This document shows, piece after piece, positions 20,566 to 30,225 of a stretch of 64,000 nt of DNA. The DNA lies in contig DATDXE010000006.1 of the NCBI GenBank assembly GCA_036517255.1, forward strand, positions 8,023-72,022, in the 5' to 3' direction. Numbering within the stretch: position 1 is the first letter of the stretch; each line of letters begins with the position of its first letter. The notes below the pieces were generated by a model, which was given only the letters and a program-made list of their open reading frames with translations, was not told the origin of the DNA and did not search any database. The DNA comes from Minisyncoccota bacterium. GTDB lineage: Bacteria; Patescibacteriota; Minisyncoccia; Phycocordibacterales; WO2-35-19. A program made the translations under genes and the position numbers.

Positions 20566-20676
20566 CTAGTCGTGGGTTTCGTCCAAGTCCTTGGCCATTT
20601 GGTCGCTGGTTTGAGACCACCAGCGAATGAACAAAATCAGCACTAGTAAAACAGGTAATACCAGAATCCAAAACAT
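20566..20676 (-). CDS. Unannotated 36-aa membrane mini-protein
   Basis: GGAGG sits 7 nt upstream of the ATG. Translates to MFWILVLPVLLVLILFIRWWSQTSDQMAKDLDETHD, with a terminator just downstream. Local GC is above the genome average. Confidence 0.35.
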   Translation of the reverse strand: MFWILVLPVLLVLILFIRWWSQTSDQMAKDLDETHD

Positions 20677-20816
20677 GATGGGGCCTCCAAATTTAAAATA
20701 ACACCCTACTTCTAATATGTCAACTACTCATAAATCAGTGAAAGCTTTATAATTCTAATCGAATTGATTATCAATTTTTCCATTATTACTTCTTTTAATC
20801 TTTTAATTCAAATACT

Positions 20817-22688
20817 ATGTCAAAAATAATTGGAATTGATTTAGGTACTACAAATAGCGCCGTGGCGGTGATGGAAGCTGGAGTACCTAAAATAATTGAA
20901 AACTCTGAAGGAGCTCGCACGACTCCTTCTATTGTCGCTGTTTCCAAAACAGGCGAACGATTGGTCGGCCTTTTAGCTAAAAGGCAGGCAGTAACCAATC
21001 CAAGAAATACTGTCTTTGGCATCAAACGATTCATTGGTCACAATTTTGACGAGCCGGCAGTGCAAAAAGATAAAGGTTCGGTACCATTCGAAGTTTCCAA
21101 ATCAGATTCTGGTGGAGTACTAGTAAAAATGAACGAACAAAATCTTCGTCCGGAAGAAATTTCAGCTATGATCCTTTCTAAAATAAAAGCCGATGTGGAG
21201 GCGAAATTGGGAGAGAAAATAACTGAAGCTATCATCACTGTGCCTGCATATTTCAATGACGCACAGCGTAAGGCTACCAAAGATGCGGGACAGATAGCAG
21301 GCCTCGATGTCAAAAGAATTATCAACGAGCCGACTGCTGCCGCTCTTGCGTATGGATTTAATAAAAAGAAAGATGAAAAAATAGCTGTGTTTGATTTTGG
21401 AGGTGGTACTTTTGACATTTCTATCTTGGAAGTAGGTGACGATGTGGTGGAAGTAAAAGCGACTGATGGCGATTCACACTTAGGAGGTAAAGATATCGAC
21501 CAAAAGATACTAAATTGGATTGCCGATGAGTTTAAAAAGGAGAGCGGTATCGATGTGCGTGGCGATGCTCTGGCTCTTCAGCGCTTGGATGAATCGGCTG
21601 AAAAAGCCAAAATTGAACTTTCTACAGCTACAGATACTGAAATAAATATTCCCTTTATCACTTCCGATTCTTCTGGTCCTCGTCACCTACTTATCAAAAT
21701 GAATCGAGCTAAACTCGAGGAACTTGCCGATGAATTTATACAGAGGGCGATGGAAATTACCAAGCGTGCTTTAGAATCCTCACCTTTCAAAGTGGGGGAA
21801 ATAGATGAGGTGGTGCTCGTCGGTGGACAGACGAGAATGCCTAAACTTACAGAGGAGGTAAAAAAGTTTTTTGGCAAGGATCCTAATAAGACTATTAATC
21901 CTGATGAAGTTGTGGCTCTTGGCGCTGCTATCCAAGGAGGTATTATCGGTGGTGATGTGAAAGACATTCTTCTTCTTGATGTTATTCCTCTTTCTCTTGG
22001 CATAGAAACCATGGGAGGAGTAGCTACTAAACTAATCGAACGCAATACTACTATTCCAGCTTCACGTTCCCAAGTATTTTCCACTGCGGCTGATAATCAA
22101 ACCAGTGTCGAGATACATGTGGTGCAAGGTGAAAGACCTCTCTCTGCTGACAACAGGACTTTAGGTAGGTTTATTCTTGATGGTATTCCTCCTTCACCGC
22201 GCGGTGTTCCTCAGGTGGAAGTCACATTTGACATCGACGCCAACGGTATTTTGGATGTGAAAGCTAAAGACAAAACCTCAGGTAAAGAGCAATCAATCAA
22301 GATTGAAGGTAGCTCTGGCCTTTCCCAAGATGAAATAGAAAAAATGAAAAAAGATGCTGAGGCTCATGCTTCCGATGACGCAAAGAAAAAGGAAGTTGCT
22401 GAAGCTCGTAATTTGGCTGAGCAACTCATATATACTGCCGAAAAAGCTCTAAAAGACTCAGAAGGAAAAATAAGCGATGAAATAAAAACAGGTATAAATG
22501 GAAATATAGAAAAATTGAAGGAAGCAAAGAATAGGGAAAGTGTAGAAGATATAAAGAAAGCTACGGAAGAACTTTCGTCTGAGATGCAGAAAATAGGTGA
22601 ACATCTTTCCAAAAATCCTCCTCCATCAGAGACTTCTTCAGGACAAGCTGGCGACCCGAAGGAAAATCCGGGTGAGACAAAATCATAA
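20817..22688 (+). CDS. dnaK: Molecular chaperone DnaK (Hsp70)
   Basis: [18 protein letters not shown] and the rest of the full Hsp70 architecture. Confidence 0.95.
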   Translation: MSKIIGIDLGTTNSAVAVMEAGVPKIIENSEGARTTPSIVAVSKTGERLVGLLAKRQAVTNPRNTVFGIKRFIGHNFDEPAVQKDKGSVPFEVSKSDSGGVLVKMNEQNLRPEEISAMILSKIKADVEAKLGEKITEAIITVPAYFNDAQRKATKDAGQIAGLDVKRIINEPTAAALAYGFNKKKDEKIAVFDFGGGTFDISILEVGDDVVEVKATDGDSHLGGKDIDQKILNWIADEFKKESGIDVRGDALALQRLDESAEKAKIELSTATDTEINIPFITSDSSGPRHLLIKMNRAKLEELADEFIQRAMEITKRALESSPFKVGEIDEVVLVGGQTRMPKLTEEVKKFFGKDPNKTINPDEVVALGAAIQGGIIGGDVKDILLLDVIPLSLGIETMGGVATKLIERNTTIPASRSQVFSTAADNQTSVEIHVVQGERPLSADNRTLGRFILDGIPPSPRGVPQVEVTFDIDANGILDVKAKDKTSGKEQSIKIEGSSGLSQDEIEKMKKDAEAHASDDAKKKEVAEARNLAEQLIYTAEKALKDSEGKISDEIKTGINGNIEKLKEAKNRESVEDIKKATEELSSEMQKIGEHLSKNPPPSETSSGQAGDPKENPGETKS

Positions 22689-22711
22689 TTTTCTGATATA
22701 ATGAAGAGTGT

Positions 22712-23815
22712 ATGGCTAAGAACTACTACGACATCTTAGGTGTCCAAAAGAAAGCCTCCAAAGATGAAATAAAAAAGGCTTTTAGGAAGCTAGCTCATCA
22801 ATACCATCCTGATAAAAGTGGTGGTAGTGCCGATAAATTTAAGGAGGTAAACGAAGCCTATTCGGTGCTTTCCGACGATAAAAAAAGGTCACAATATGAT
22901 ACTTATGGTGATGCTTTTGCGCAGGCTGGAGGAGGTAATACTGGAGGCTTCAGTGGCAATTGGGAGGATTTTGTGCGTCAGACAGGATTTGACCCAAGTA
23001 ATGGTGGCGGCTTTAGTTTTTCTGGTGAAGGATTTGACTTGGGTGATATATTTGGAGAATTTTTTGGTGGTGGAGGCCGTAGGTCCCGAGCGCAGCGAGG
23101 GAGAGACATTTCTATCGACATTGAACTTTCGTTTGAAGAATCTATTTTTGGTGGTGAACGCACTGTCGTGTTAAGTAAAGTTTCGGAGTGCACCACTTGT
23201 AAAGGAAGTGGTTCTAAACCTGGCTCGTCTGAAAAAATCGACTGCAAAACTTGCAACGGCAAAGGCAAAATTCACGAAGTGAAGCGCTCTATCTTTGGTT
23301 CCTTTGAGATGAACCGTGTATGCGATGAATGCGGTGGTACTGGCAAAGTTCCAAAAGAAAAATGTTTTGTTTGTAATGGGGTTGGGGTTTTGAAAAAAGA
23401 AGAGGACATTAAAATAAAAATTCCGCAGGGCATCGACAATGGTGAAATGATTCGTCTTGCTGGTATGGGTGAGGCTTTGCCACACGGTACTGCTGGCGAT
23501 TTGTATGTGAAGATTCATGTGCGTAAGCATAAAACATTTATAAAACAGGGTGCTGATTTAGTGATGAATTTTGATATCAAACTTTCTGACGCTCTTTTGG
23601 GGGGTACGTATAATGTAGAAACTTTGGACGGTATTTCACAGCTTGAAATCCCTCAAGGCGCCTCGACTGGGGATATTTTGCGCATAAAAGGTAAGGGTGT
23701 GCCTTACAACAAATCTCGTGGTGATATCCTTGCACATCTTACAATCAAAATTCCTAAAAAACTCTCTAAATCCGCCCACGCCGCCGCCCTCAAATTAAAA
23801 GAAGAAGGGGTATAA
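22712..23815 (+). CDS. dnaJ: Co-chaperone DnaJ
   Basis: J domain with HPD, a G/F-rich linker and four CxxCxGxG zinc repeats. Confidence 0.9.
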   Translation: MAKNYYDILGVQKKASKDEIKKAFRKLAHQYHPDKSGGSADKFKEVNEAYSVLSDDKKRSQYDTYGDAFAQAGGGNTGGFSGNWEDFVRQTGFDPSNGGGFSFSGEGFDLGDIFGEFFGGGGRRSRAQRGRDISIDIELSFEESIFGGERTVVLSKVSECTTCKGSGSKPGSSEKIDCKTCNGKGKIHEVKRSIFGSFEMNRVCDECGGTGKVPKEKCFVCNGVGVLKKEEDIKIKIPQGIDNGEMIRLAGMGEALPHGTAGDLYVKIHVRKHKTFIKQGADLVMNFDIKLSDALLGGTYNVETLDGISQLEIPQGASTGDILRIKGKGVPYNKSRGDILAHLTIKIPKKLSKSAHAAALKLKEEGV

Positions 23816-23816
23816 A

Positions 23817-25607
23817 ATGGCATTTACAGCTAAATTTGATATCTTAAATAAAAAAGATACCGACATAGCGGGCGGTAAGGGGGCATCTTTAGGAGAAATG
23901 ATTCAAGCAGGTATTCCCATTCCAGATGGGTTTGTTCTTCTGTCGAGTGCTTTTGACTATTTTCTTCAAGAAACAGATTTGGTTCAAGAAATCGAAGCTA
24001 TTCTGGCTACGGTTGATCATGAAGTCATCCATACTGTAGAATTTGCTTCTGAAAAAATAAGAGATCTGATTGAAAATACAGAAATACCAGAAGAAATATC
24101 AAAAGAAGTTATTACAGGATTTAATATTTTAGGCTCAAAATTTTTAGCTGTTCGATCGTCTGCTACAGCAGAAGATGGTTCCGAAAATGCTTGGGCCGGG
24201 CAATTAGAAAGTTTTCTCAATACTGATAAAGAGAATTTACTTAATAATGTAAGAAAATGTTGGGCCTCACTTTTTACACCGAGAGCTATTTTCTATCGAT
24301 TTGAAAAGGGTATGCGTGGTAGCAAAATCTCTGTTGCGGTCATTATCCAAAAAATGGTCCAATCTGAAGTTTCTGGCGTAGCCTTCTCTGTACATCCTGT
24401 TACTGAAGATCGCAACCAGCTTATTATCGAAGCAGGTTTAGGCCTCGGTGAAGTCGTGGTTTCGGGCTCTATTACGCCTGATAGTTATGTTGTAGAAAAA
24501 GAACCTCGAAAAATAATTAATAAAAATATTCAAGAAAACAAACAGTGTTTGACTGACGATCGTATACTTGAGCTTTCAGAACTTGTTTTAAAAATTGAAA
24601 AGCACTTTGGTTTTCCGTGTGACATAGAATGGGCTTATGAAAATGGAAAATTCAGTATATTACAGAGTCGCCCGATCACCACTCTTAAAAAAGATCTATT
24701 TAATGGCGTAGAAATGGTTTCAAGGTGGAGTAGGCTTGCTAGTAGGCATGAGGCCCAGTTAAAAATTTTAGGTAGAACTAAAATTTGGGAAAAAGAATTG
24801 GGTATAGGATACAAAACTGTGGTCCAGAATTCTTTAGGAGAATCTTATGTAGATAAAAAAAGTCATATTAAAATAGTTGAGATTTTAGAAAACAAAAGCA
24901 TAAAAGACGCTGAGGTGTACATTAAGAAGATGAATGATCTGGGAGATAAACTAACAAAAGAAATAAGAAGTGATTCGTTTAAAGATTTTACAGAAGAATT
25001 CTCAGCCATGATGGCTTACTTCTTTATCATCAAAGTAATCTTTGAAACACGATACGCAGAATCTTCTCTAGAAGAACAGAAAATCATTGAGAAATGGAGA
25101 AATAACAGCAAACTTTTTAATGCATTGGACTTGTATTATCAGATTTATCCTGAAAAAGATGTGGTAATTCAAAAAGGGTGGAGTTGGGTGTATGAGGATG
25201 GATTTTTGAACTTAAAAAATAAGATCATATCTTTTTCAAAAAAGAATAAGAGGAAAGTTGAATTTGAAGAAGGCCGCTCAAAAACTATGCGAATCATTAA
25301 AGGAAATTCGGCCTATAAAGGTATTGTAAGAGGAAAGGTTAGGTTGATTTTATTAGAGAAAGACAAAGCTTTAATGCAAGAGGGTGAAATTATAGTGGCC
25401 CCAATGACGACAGTAGATTTCTTTCCAATAATGAAGAAAGCGATTGCTTTTGTGACTAACGAAGGAGGAATTACTTCTCATGCTGCGATTGTCGCCAGAG
25501 AACTAAAAAAGCCATGTATAATTGGTACAAAAATTGCTACAGAAGTTCTTAAGACTGGCATGTTTATTGAGGTCGATGCAGATAATGGCGTAGTTAGAAT
25601 TCTATAA
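23817..25607 (+). CDS. PEP-utilising-enzyme family protein: ATP-grasp (PPDK_N-like) domain plus a C-terminal phosphohistidine swivel domain, with no PEP/pyruvate-binding barrel
   Basis: N-terminal GGKGASLGEM and C-terminal GGITSHAAIVARELKKPCIIG mobile-domain motif; 596 aa. Confidence 0.6.
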   Translation: MAFTAKFDILNKKDTDIAGGKGASLGEMIQAGIPIPDGFVLLSSAFDYFLQETDLVQEIEAILATVDHEVIHTVEFASEKIRDLIENTEIPEEISKEVITGFNILGSKFLAVRSSATAEDGSENAWAGQLESFLNTDKENLLNNVRKCWASLFTPRAIFYRFEKGMRGSKISVAVIIQKMVQSEVSGVAFSVHPVTEDRNQLIIEAGLGLGEVVVSGSITPDSYVVEKEPRKIINKNIQENKQCLTDDRILELSELVLKIEKHFGFPCDIEWAYENGKFSILQSRPITTLKKDLFNGVEMVSRWSRLASRHEAQLKILGRTKIWEKELGIGYKTVVQNSLGESYVDKKSHIKIVEILENKSIKDAEVYIKKMNDLGDKLTKEIRSDSFKDFTEEFSAMMAYFFIIKVIFETRYAESSLEEQKIIEKWRNNSKLFNALDLYYQIYPEKDVVIQKGWSWVYEDGFLNLKNKIISFSKKNKRKVEFEEGRSKTMRIIKGNSAYKGIVRGKVRLILLEKDKALMQEGEIIVAPMTTVDFFPIMKKAIAFVTNEGGITSHAAIVARELKKPCIIGTKIATEVLKTGMFIEVDADNGVVRIL

Positions 25608-25722
25608 AGTGTAGATGGTCATCTTCTACGCATTTACATATTTATTATAATGTGGTAGACTGTATTCGGGTCGTTCTTTCACTACATCAGGATGACCACA
25701 CTTTCTATACAAGGAGACAAGT

Positions 25723-26403
25723 ATGATCAAGGTAGCTTTGGCTGATGATCAGCCTATCTTTCGTTTGGCGATGAGGGAGATTCTCGCTTCAGCAGAATTT
25801 GAGGTTGTCGCAGAATTTTCCGACGGCCAAGATCTTCTCGGGCGTCTAGGAGAGTTTGACCTCGATGTCCTGTTACTCGAGCCTCTGATGGCCAACCTTG
25901 AGTTTATTGATCTGCAAACTCTTTTGCGGGACAACCCAAGGATCAAGGTGGTCCTTCTTACCGTTTGTGAAGATCAGCATATTTTTGCCGAGGCACTTAA
26001 GTTCGGCTGTTTCGGCATAGTCATGAAGCAGATCGATCCGAATGAGATCCGGAATCTTCTTCGGAAAGTTTGTTCGGGAAATATTTGGCTTGATCCGATG
26101 GCCACTTCTAAGATCGTTTCTGCTTTCCTCAAACCTCCGAGTGATTCTGGCGGCCGTGTGCCGCTTTCAGCTCGTGAGCGTCAAGTAGTGGGGCTGATAG
26201 CCCAAGGTCTGAAGAACAAAGAGATAATGGGGCTGTTGTTTATCTCTGAACAAACGGTCAAGAACCACATCCACTCTATTTTTGGAAAGCTCGGATTCTC
26301 GAGCCGGACAGAAGTAGCGATCTACGGGGTCAATAGAGGTATGCACTTACCAGTACCTGTTTCTCGAGGTATTTCTCTCGCTGATGATGCGGTCGTCCAC
26401 TAG
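25723..26403 (+). CDS. LuxR/NarL-family response regulator with an atypical receiver (Glu at the phospho-acceptor position)
   Basis: REC domain (ADDQP...LDVLLLEPLM) plus a C-terminal LuxR HTH (ERQVVGLIAQGLKNKEI...TVKNH). About 50% GC. AAGGAGA ribosome-binding site. Confidence 0.75.
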   Translation: MIKVALADDQPIFRLAMREILASAEFEVVAEFSDGQDLLGRLGEFDLDVLLLEPLMANLEFIDLQTLLRDNPRIKVVLLTVCEDQHIFAEALKFGCFGIVMKQIDPNEIRNLLRKVCSGNIWLDPMATSKIVSAFLKPPSDSGGRVPLSARERQVVGLIAQGLKNKEIMGLLFISEQTVKNHIHSIFGKLGFSSRTEVAIYGVNRGMHLPVPVSRGISLADDAVVH

Positions 26404-26429
26404 GGCGACGCTTACACAAAACTCCTAAC

Positions 26430-26470
26430 ACGACTCGTGGGCCGCAAACTCACGAGTCGTAACTTTTTAT
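26430..26470 (+). terminator. Rho-independent terminator of the response-regulator gene
   Basis: ACGACTCGTG / CACGAGTCGT perfect 10-bp stem followed by TTTTT. Confidence 0.7.
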
Positions 26471-26526
26471 ATCTTACAAAAATCTCAGATTACTTTTTTA
26501 AATAAAATTCTGAAGCTTTCTAAAGT

Positions 26527-26568
26527 AAAAAAATGATCCGCGCTAGCCGGTGAGGGCAGGCGCGGATC
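26527..26568 (-). terminator. Rho-independent terminator of the minus-strand secreted-protein gene
   Basis: GATCCGCGC / GCGCGGATC 9-bp stem; the minus-strand 3' tail is TTTTTTT. Confidence 0.65.
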
Positions 26569-26601
26569 TAAGGTGCGGGGGTAACCATTATTGCGAGTCG
26601 G

Positions 26602-27891
26602 CTACCTTTTGCGGCGGTCCAGATGGACCGATTTTTGATCGTCGGAGTCTATTCTAATCACCATCCCAGCTGGTGGCGGAGGTGGTGGGGGAGGCATGGG
26701 AGGCTCATACGCCGGTATTTGAGCCTTCCAAATCGTTCCGTCTCCGTAACGAAAAACAAAGGTTTCGGTACCGGCGATATTTACAGTGTACCTGTTGGCC
26801 AACTCACTGATGTTGGCCGTCACTCCGTCCGGGTACTTACCCCCGGGGAGCAAAGTGTACACTTTCTCATTCTCGCAAATGAGAAAAAGTGGAGCAGGGA
26901 TACTATTTCCCCCTGTCGCTTCCCTGACGCTAGTCGGGAAGCAGGGTTCGCCGTACCTTGTCGGCCCGACGATCTTGCCGTTCGTCATGTTTGACGGAAC
27001 GGGATCGAAGCAACTCGACACCGTACAATACATGGTGCGAACCTGGTTGCTGATTGTGTGGAAAATATCCACACCTCCCAACATGTTCGACTTTATCCAG
27101 ATGGGATTGTTGAAATTCCCACTGGGCAAAGTTCGACTTAGGATGACCGTTCTCTCTATCCCCTTGATTCTTACTACGATCCTCTCGCTCGCTGGATTTA
27201 CAGCGACAATGAGGGTGTTGCCGTCGGTCCACGACCCGATGCCAGCTGAAATCTCAGTCAAGTTCTCTGCTGAGAGATCGTACACCTGGATCCACCGAGG
27301 ACTTGCCGTCCCGGTTTGCCGGTGGAACAAGCCTTGGGCAACTGGTTCGCCGTTGCGACTCAGTGCCATCACTGCGTATACCTCCGTCGAGCTTGATTTC
27401 TGATTTGAAACCGAAATAGGTGCGTAAAGGAGAGTCGGGATGGCCGACATCTCGCTACCGTTAATGAGCCGGATCGGAATGTTTGAGCCCTTGCTCACCA
27501 ACATCTCGATCTTGCCATCCCAGCCGCATTTCCATGCGGAGGTGGGGTTCGCCGACCCCTCGGTTGATGAGAGGAAGTAAAACCCGTCGTCGTACATTTG
27601 CGGTTCTCGGAGGAAGTCACTCCGCGGCACTGGTGAATCCAGTGCCCTGAAATCGCAGATGGTTTTTACGCCCACGATCTCATCGAAGATTGCCACCTTC
27701 GAGTAAAGGGTCTCTCCCTCGTTAATCGTGAACACGATTCCCTCAGGAGTCGTGCCCAGCACAGTTACGAGGGAATCGAGAGGAAGCACTGTCCCCTGTA
27801 CCCTCTGGAGTTGAATTTCCGTCTGCGCGCTCACGTGAGTCGCACAGAAAAAAATGATCACGAAAACGAAAAGTGTCGCAGATTTGTACAT
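26602..27891 (-). CDS. Secreted hypothetical protein with a signal peptide and a C-terminal poly-Pro/basic tail
   Basis: Signal peptide MYKSATLFVFVIIFFCATHVSA|QTE; C-terminal PPMPPPPPPPPAG...DRRKR. About 52% GC. The overlapping antisense ORFs are shadow ORFs of this GC-rich segment. Confidence 0.55.
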   Translation of the reverse strand: MYKSATLFVFVIIFFCATHVSAQTEIQLQRVQGTVLPLDSLVTVLGTTPEGIVFTINEGETLYSKVAIFDEIVGVKTICDFRALDSPVPRSDFLREPQMYDDGFYFLSSTEGSANPTSAWKCGWDGKIEMLVSKGSNIPIRLINGSEMSAIPTLLYAPISVSNQKSSSTEVYAVMALSRNGEPVAQGLFHRQTGTASPRWIQVYDLSAENLTEISAGIGSWTDGNTLIVAVNPASERIVVRIKGIERTVILSRTLPSGNFNNPIWIKSNMLGGVDIFHTISNQVRTMYCTVSSCFDPVPSNMTNGKIVGPTRYGEPCFPTSVREATGGNSIPAPLFLICENEKVYTLLPGGKYPDGVTANISELANRYTVNIAGTETFVFRYGDGTIWKAQIPAYEPPMPPPPPPPPAGMVIRIDSDDQKSVHLDRRKR

Positions 27892-27937
27892 AAAACCTCT
27901 ATGCCCACTATACCATAACTTTACGTATACTACAACC

Positions 27938-27957
27938 TGTGGATATAGTGTGGATAC
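27938..27957 (-). promoter_or_regulatory. Tandem pair of DnaA-box-like 9-mers in a divergent intergenic region
   Basis: TGTGGATAT-agt-TGTGGATAC, i.e. the reverse complements of aTATCCACA and gTATCCACA. A TTATCCAT half-box also overlaps the ATG at 28020. Confidence 0.4.
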
Positions 27958-28019
27958 TAGAAATTAAGTTGGAAGAGAGGGGTGTATTATATTTGTTAAA
28001 GTAGTAAAATAATATTGCA

Positions 28020-28358
28020 ATGGATAAAGTAAACGTCTGGTTCTATATCTTAGGTTCTGTGCTTCTTGCTGTGTTGGCAAATTATCTAAGTACTGTTTGG
28101 GCCGCCAAAGATAATAAATTTTCTTTTTGGCTTCTTGCTGTTGTTGCGGTTTCGCCACTTGTATTCATTACCTTTGGGCTTGTCACCACAAAGTTTGGTC
28201 TAGCAATTACCTCAGGTACGATTGACTCTTTACTCACAATAATCACAGTGCTTGTGGGCCTATTTATTTTTCAGGAGTGGGGTCAAGTATCTTTATACCA
28301 GTATTTTGGTATGTCTTTCGCTATCCTAGGAATCATTTTGATGCAATTTCATAAATAA
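28020..28358 (+). CDS. SMR/DMT-superfamily 4-TM small membrane protein (ArnE/ArnF-like) lacking the conserved TM1 Glu
   Basis: 112 aa with four predicted TM segments. Confidence 0.5.
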   Translation: MDKVNVWFYILGSVLLAVLANYLSTVWAAKDNKFSFWLLAVVAVSPLVFITFGLVTTKFGLAITSGTIDSLLTIITVLVGLFIFQEWGQVSLYQYFGMSFAILGIILMQFHK

Positions 28359-28364
28359 TTTTAA

Positions 28365-30212
28365 ATGTTGAAACAGAAATCTTGGTTTACGAAACTTTTT
28401 GCAGTATTAAGCGCAACAAAAGGACCATACACTCCTCTCGATTTTTCTGAAATCAATAAACGGGCTCAAGAGTTTGCTGATCTTATCGAGGATCGGCGTG
28501 ATAAACTCATTGATATTTTGCTTGCGTATGAAAGCTATGAGGTTGTTCATGATGAAATCAACCGAACTCTAGATTTACTCAGAAACATAGAAGAAAACAA
28601 GAAATTCTTTTTTTTACGTATAGGCGAAGTAACATCCTTTTTACCTAGGAATCAACCCCTCTATGCATTCAGTTGTTTTGTTGTGATCCCGTCACTAATG
28701 GCAAGTGCTGTATATTTTCGTATCCCTCATAGTATGCGCCACTTCTTTTCTCAAATGCTGGAGCTCTTTAACATTAAAACCTTGTTTCCAAATATTATTA
28801 TTTCTCCAAAAGAAAGATTAGAATTTTTAAAAGAAAGATCAGCATTAAAAATAAACCCAAAAAGTAAAGAAAGTCACCCTGTCACTGACGTAGTAATATT
28901 TACAGGAATACCCGCTCATGCAGATCAGTTGCGCAACGTATTTGATAAAAGAACCTTATTCATATCGAATGGCTCAGGACATAATCCGGTGATCGTAAGT
29001 AAGGATGCAGATCTATCTTCTGCGGTAAAAGCAGTGATCACACTTCAATTTTATAACCAAGGACAAGATTGTGCTGCACCGAATGCTATTTTAGTACACA
29101 AGGATATTTTTCGAGATTTTATCGAATTACTACGGATCCATATTCGGGAGATCAAAATCGGTGATTATAGAGATAAATCTTGTCGTGTAGGTCCGATTAG
29201 CGATCCCAAAGACCTTGTGAGAATTCAAGATTTTTTGGTTGAACATCGTTTGTGGCTCGATCCATCAACAGCCGGAATTATTCGGACACAAAACTCTATC
29301 GTGGAACCAACGATTATATCTAAACCATTAATCGAAGGAGGAAATTTTAAAGAGATATTTGCACCACTAGTATTTGTTCAAGAATATACAGATGATCAAG
29401 AATTAAAATTATATTTTGAAAATCCACATTATGCACAAAATGCAATGTATCTAACTCTATATGGAACAAGTGACTATGCTTTAAGTATTGTGGGCAAACC
29501 AATAAAAAACAAAACACTTCATAGTCAAGCAACATTTATTCATAATACTCATCTACATGCACCAGGCGTAGAAAGAGGTACTCAACCTTACGGTGGGTAT
29601 GGCCACGGTGCCTCAAGTTTAAGTATCGATGGTAAGGTGGTCGCTATGCCGACACTTCCTCAACGTGACATTTATAATTATGTTGCTAAACCAATTTTAA
29701 AAAGTAAGACTTTACTGAAATATAAAATGGATGTAGATGAATTTACTAGTACACAGCACAAAGATGTAGAAAAATTATTAAGAGTTAAAGCTACTAAGCC
29801 AGAAAATATAGACGGGTTACATAAGTACGGTGACGTAGTATATGCAGATGTGAATTCAGTAATAACAAAGAATGCAAGATTTGTAAAGATTAAAGCAGAG
29901 AATTTACACTATCTTCTAAAAGAACGCAATGATGAACGTATAGCTACCCTTGAGTCTGATGAAATCGAACTACTCCATAAATTGAAGAAATTGTTGAACA
30001 AAAAACAGGATATTGGCGCAGAAGAATTTGAAACTACTTTGTATGAAATACCCAAATTAATTGATTTGACGAAAGCTCAAAATATACTCCGGCAACAATA
30101 TTTTTTCCAAAACATCTACCAATTATTATTTGGTACAAATTTTGGTCCACGTCTTGCCCCATTTTTAAAAGAACTAGGAAAGGATGATATAGACAAGTTT
30201 CTCAATATATAA
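28365..30212 (+). CDS. Aldehyde-dehydrogenase-superfamily protein (LuxC/acyl-CoA-reductase-like) with an approximately 200-aa C-terminal extension
   Basis: FTGIPAHADQL, the FYNQGQDCAAPNA Cys motif and EIFAPLVFV. The position of the ELGGK catalytic Glu reads ISNGSG. Confidence 0.55.
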   Translation: MLKQKSWFTKLFAVLSATKGPYTPLDFSEINKRAQEFADLIEDRRDKLIDILLAYESYEVVHDEINRTLDLLRNIEENKKFFFLRIGEVTSFLPRNQPLYAFSCFVVIPSLMASAVYFRIPHSMRHFFSQMLELFNIKTLFPNIIISPKERLEFLKERSALKINPKSKESHPVTDVVIFTGIPAHADQLRNVFDKRTLFISNGSGHNPVIVSKDADLSSAVKAVITLQFYNQGQDCAAPNAILVHKDIFRDFIELLRIHIREIKIGDYRDKSCRVGPISDPKDLVRIQDFLVEHRLWLDPSTAGIIRTQNSIVEPTIISKPLIEGGNFKEIFAPLVFVQEYTDDQELKLYFENPHYAQNAMYLTLYGTSDYALSIVGKPIKNKTLHSQATFIHNTHLHAPGVERGTQPYGGYGHGASSLSIDGKVVAMPTLPQRDIYNYVAKPILKSKTLLKYKMDVDEFTSTQHKDVEKLLRVKATKPENIDGLHKYGDVVYADVNSVITKNARFVKIKAENLHYLLKERNDERIATLESDEIELLHKLKKLLNKKQDIGAEEFETTLYEIPKLIDLTKAQNILRQQYFFQNIYQLLFGTNFGPRLAPFLKELGKDDIDKFLNI

Positions 30213-30225
30213 GACAATAAATATT

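Noticed and set aside
20690-20816. CIRCE/HrcA operator (TTAGCACTC-N9-GAGTGCTAA) upstream of dnaK or grpE
   Set aside because: Reading both upstream regions found no match.
25611-25626. AGTGTAGATGG as a further DnaA box
   Set aside because: It has two mismatches to the consensus and overlaps the inverted repeat, so it is better explained as part of the GATGGTCATC inverted repeat.
26623-27403. Long plus-strand and internal minus-strand ORFs (123, 205 and 100 aa) inside the GC-rich island
   Set aside because: These are shadow ORFs typical of GC-rich DNA. The minus-strand 429-aa frame has a signal peptide, a sensible start and its own terminator.
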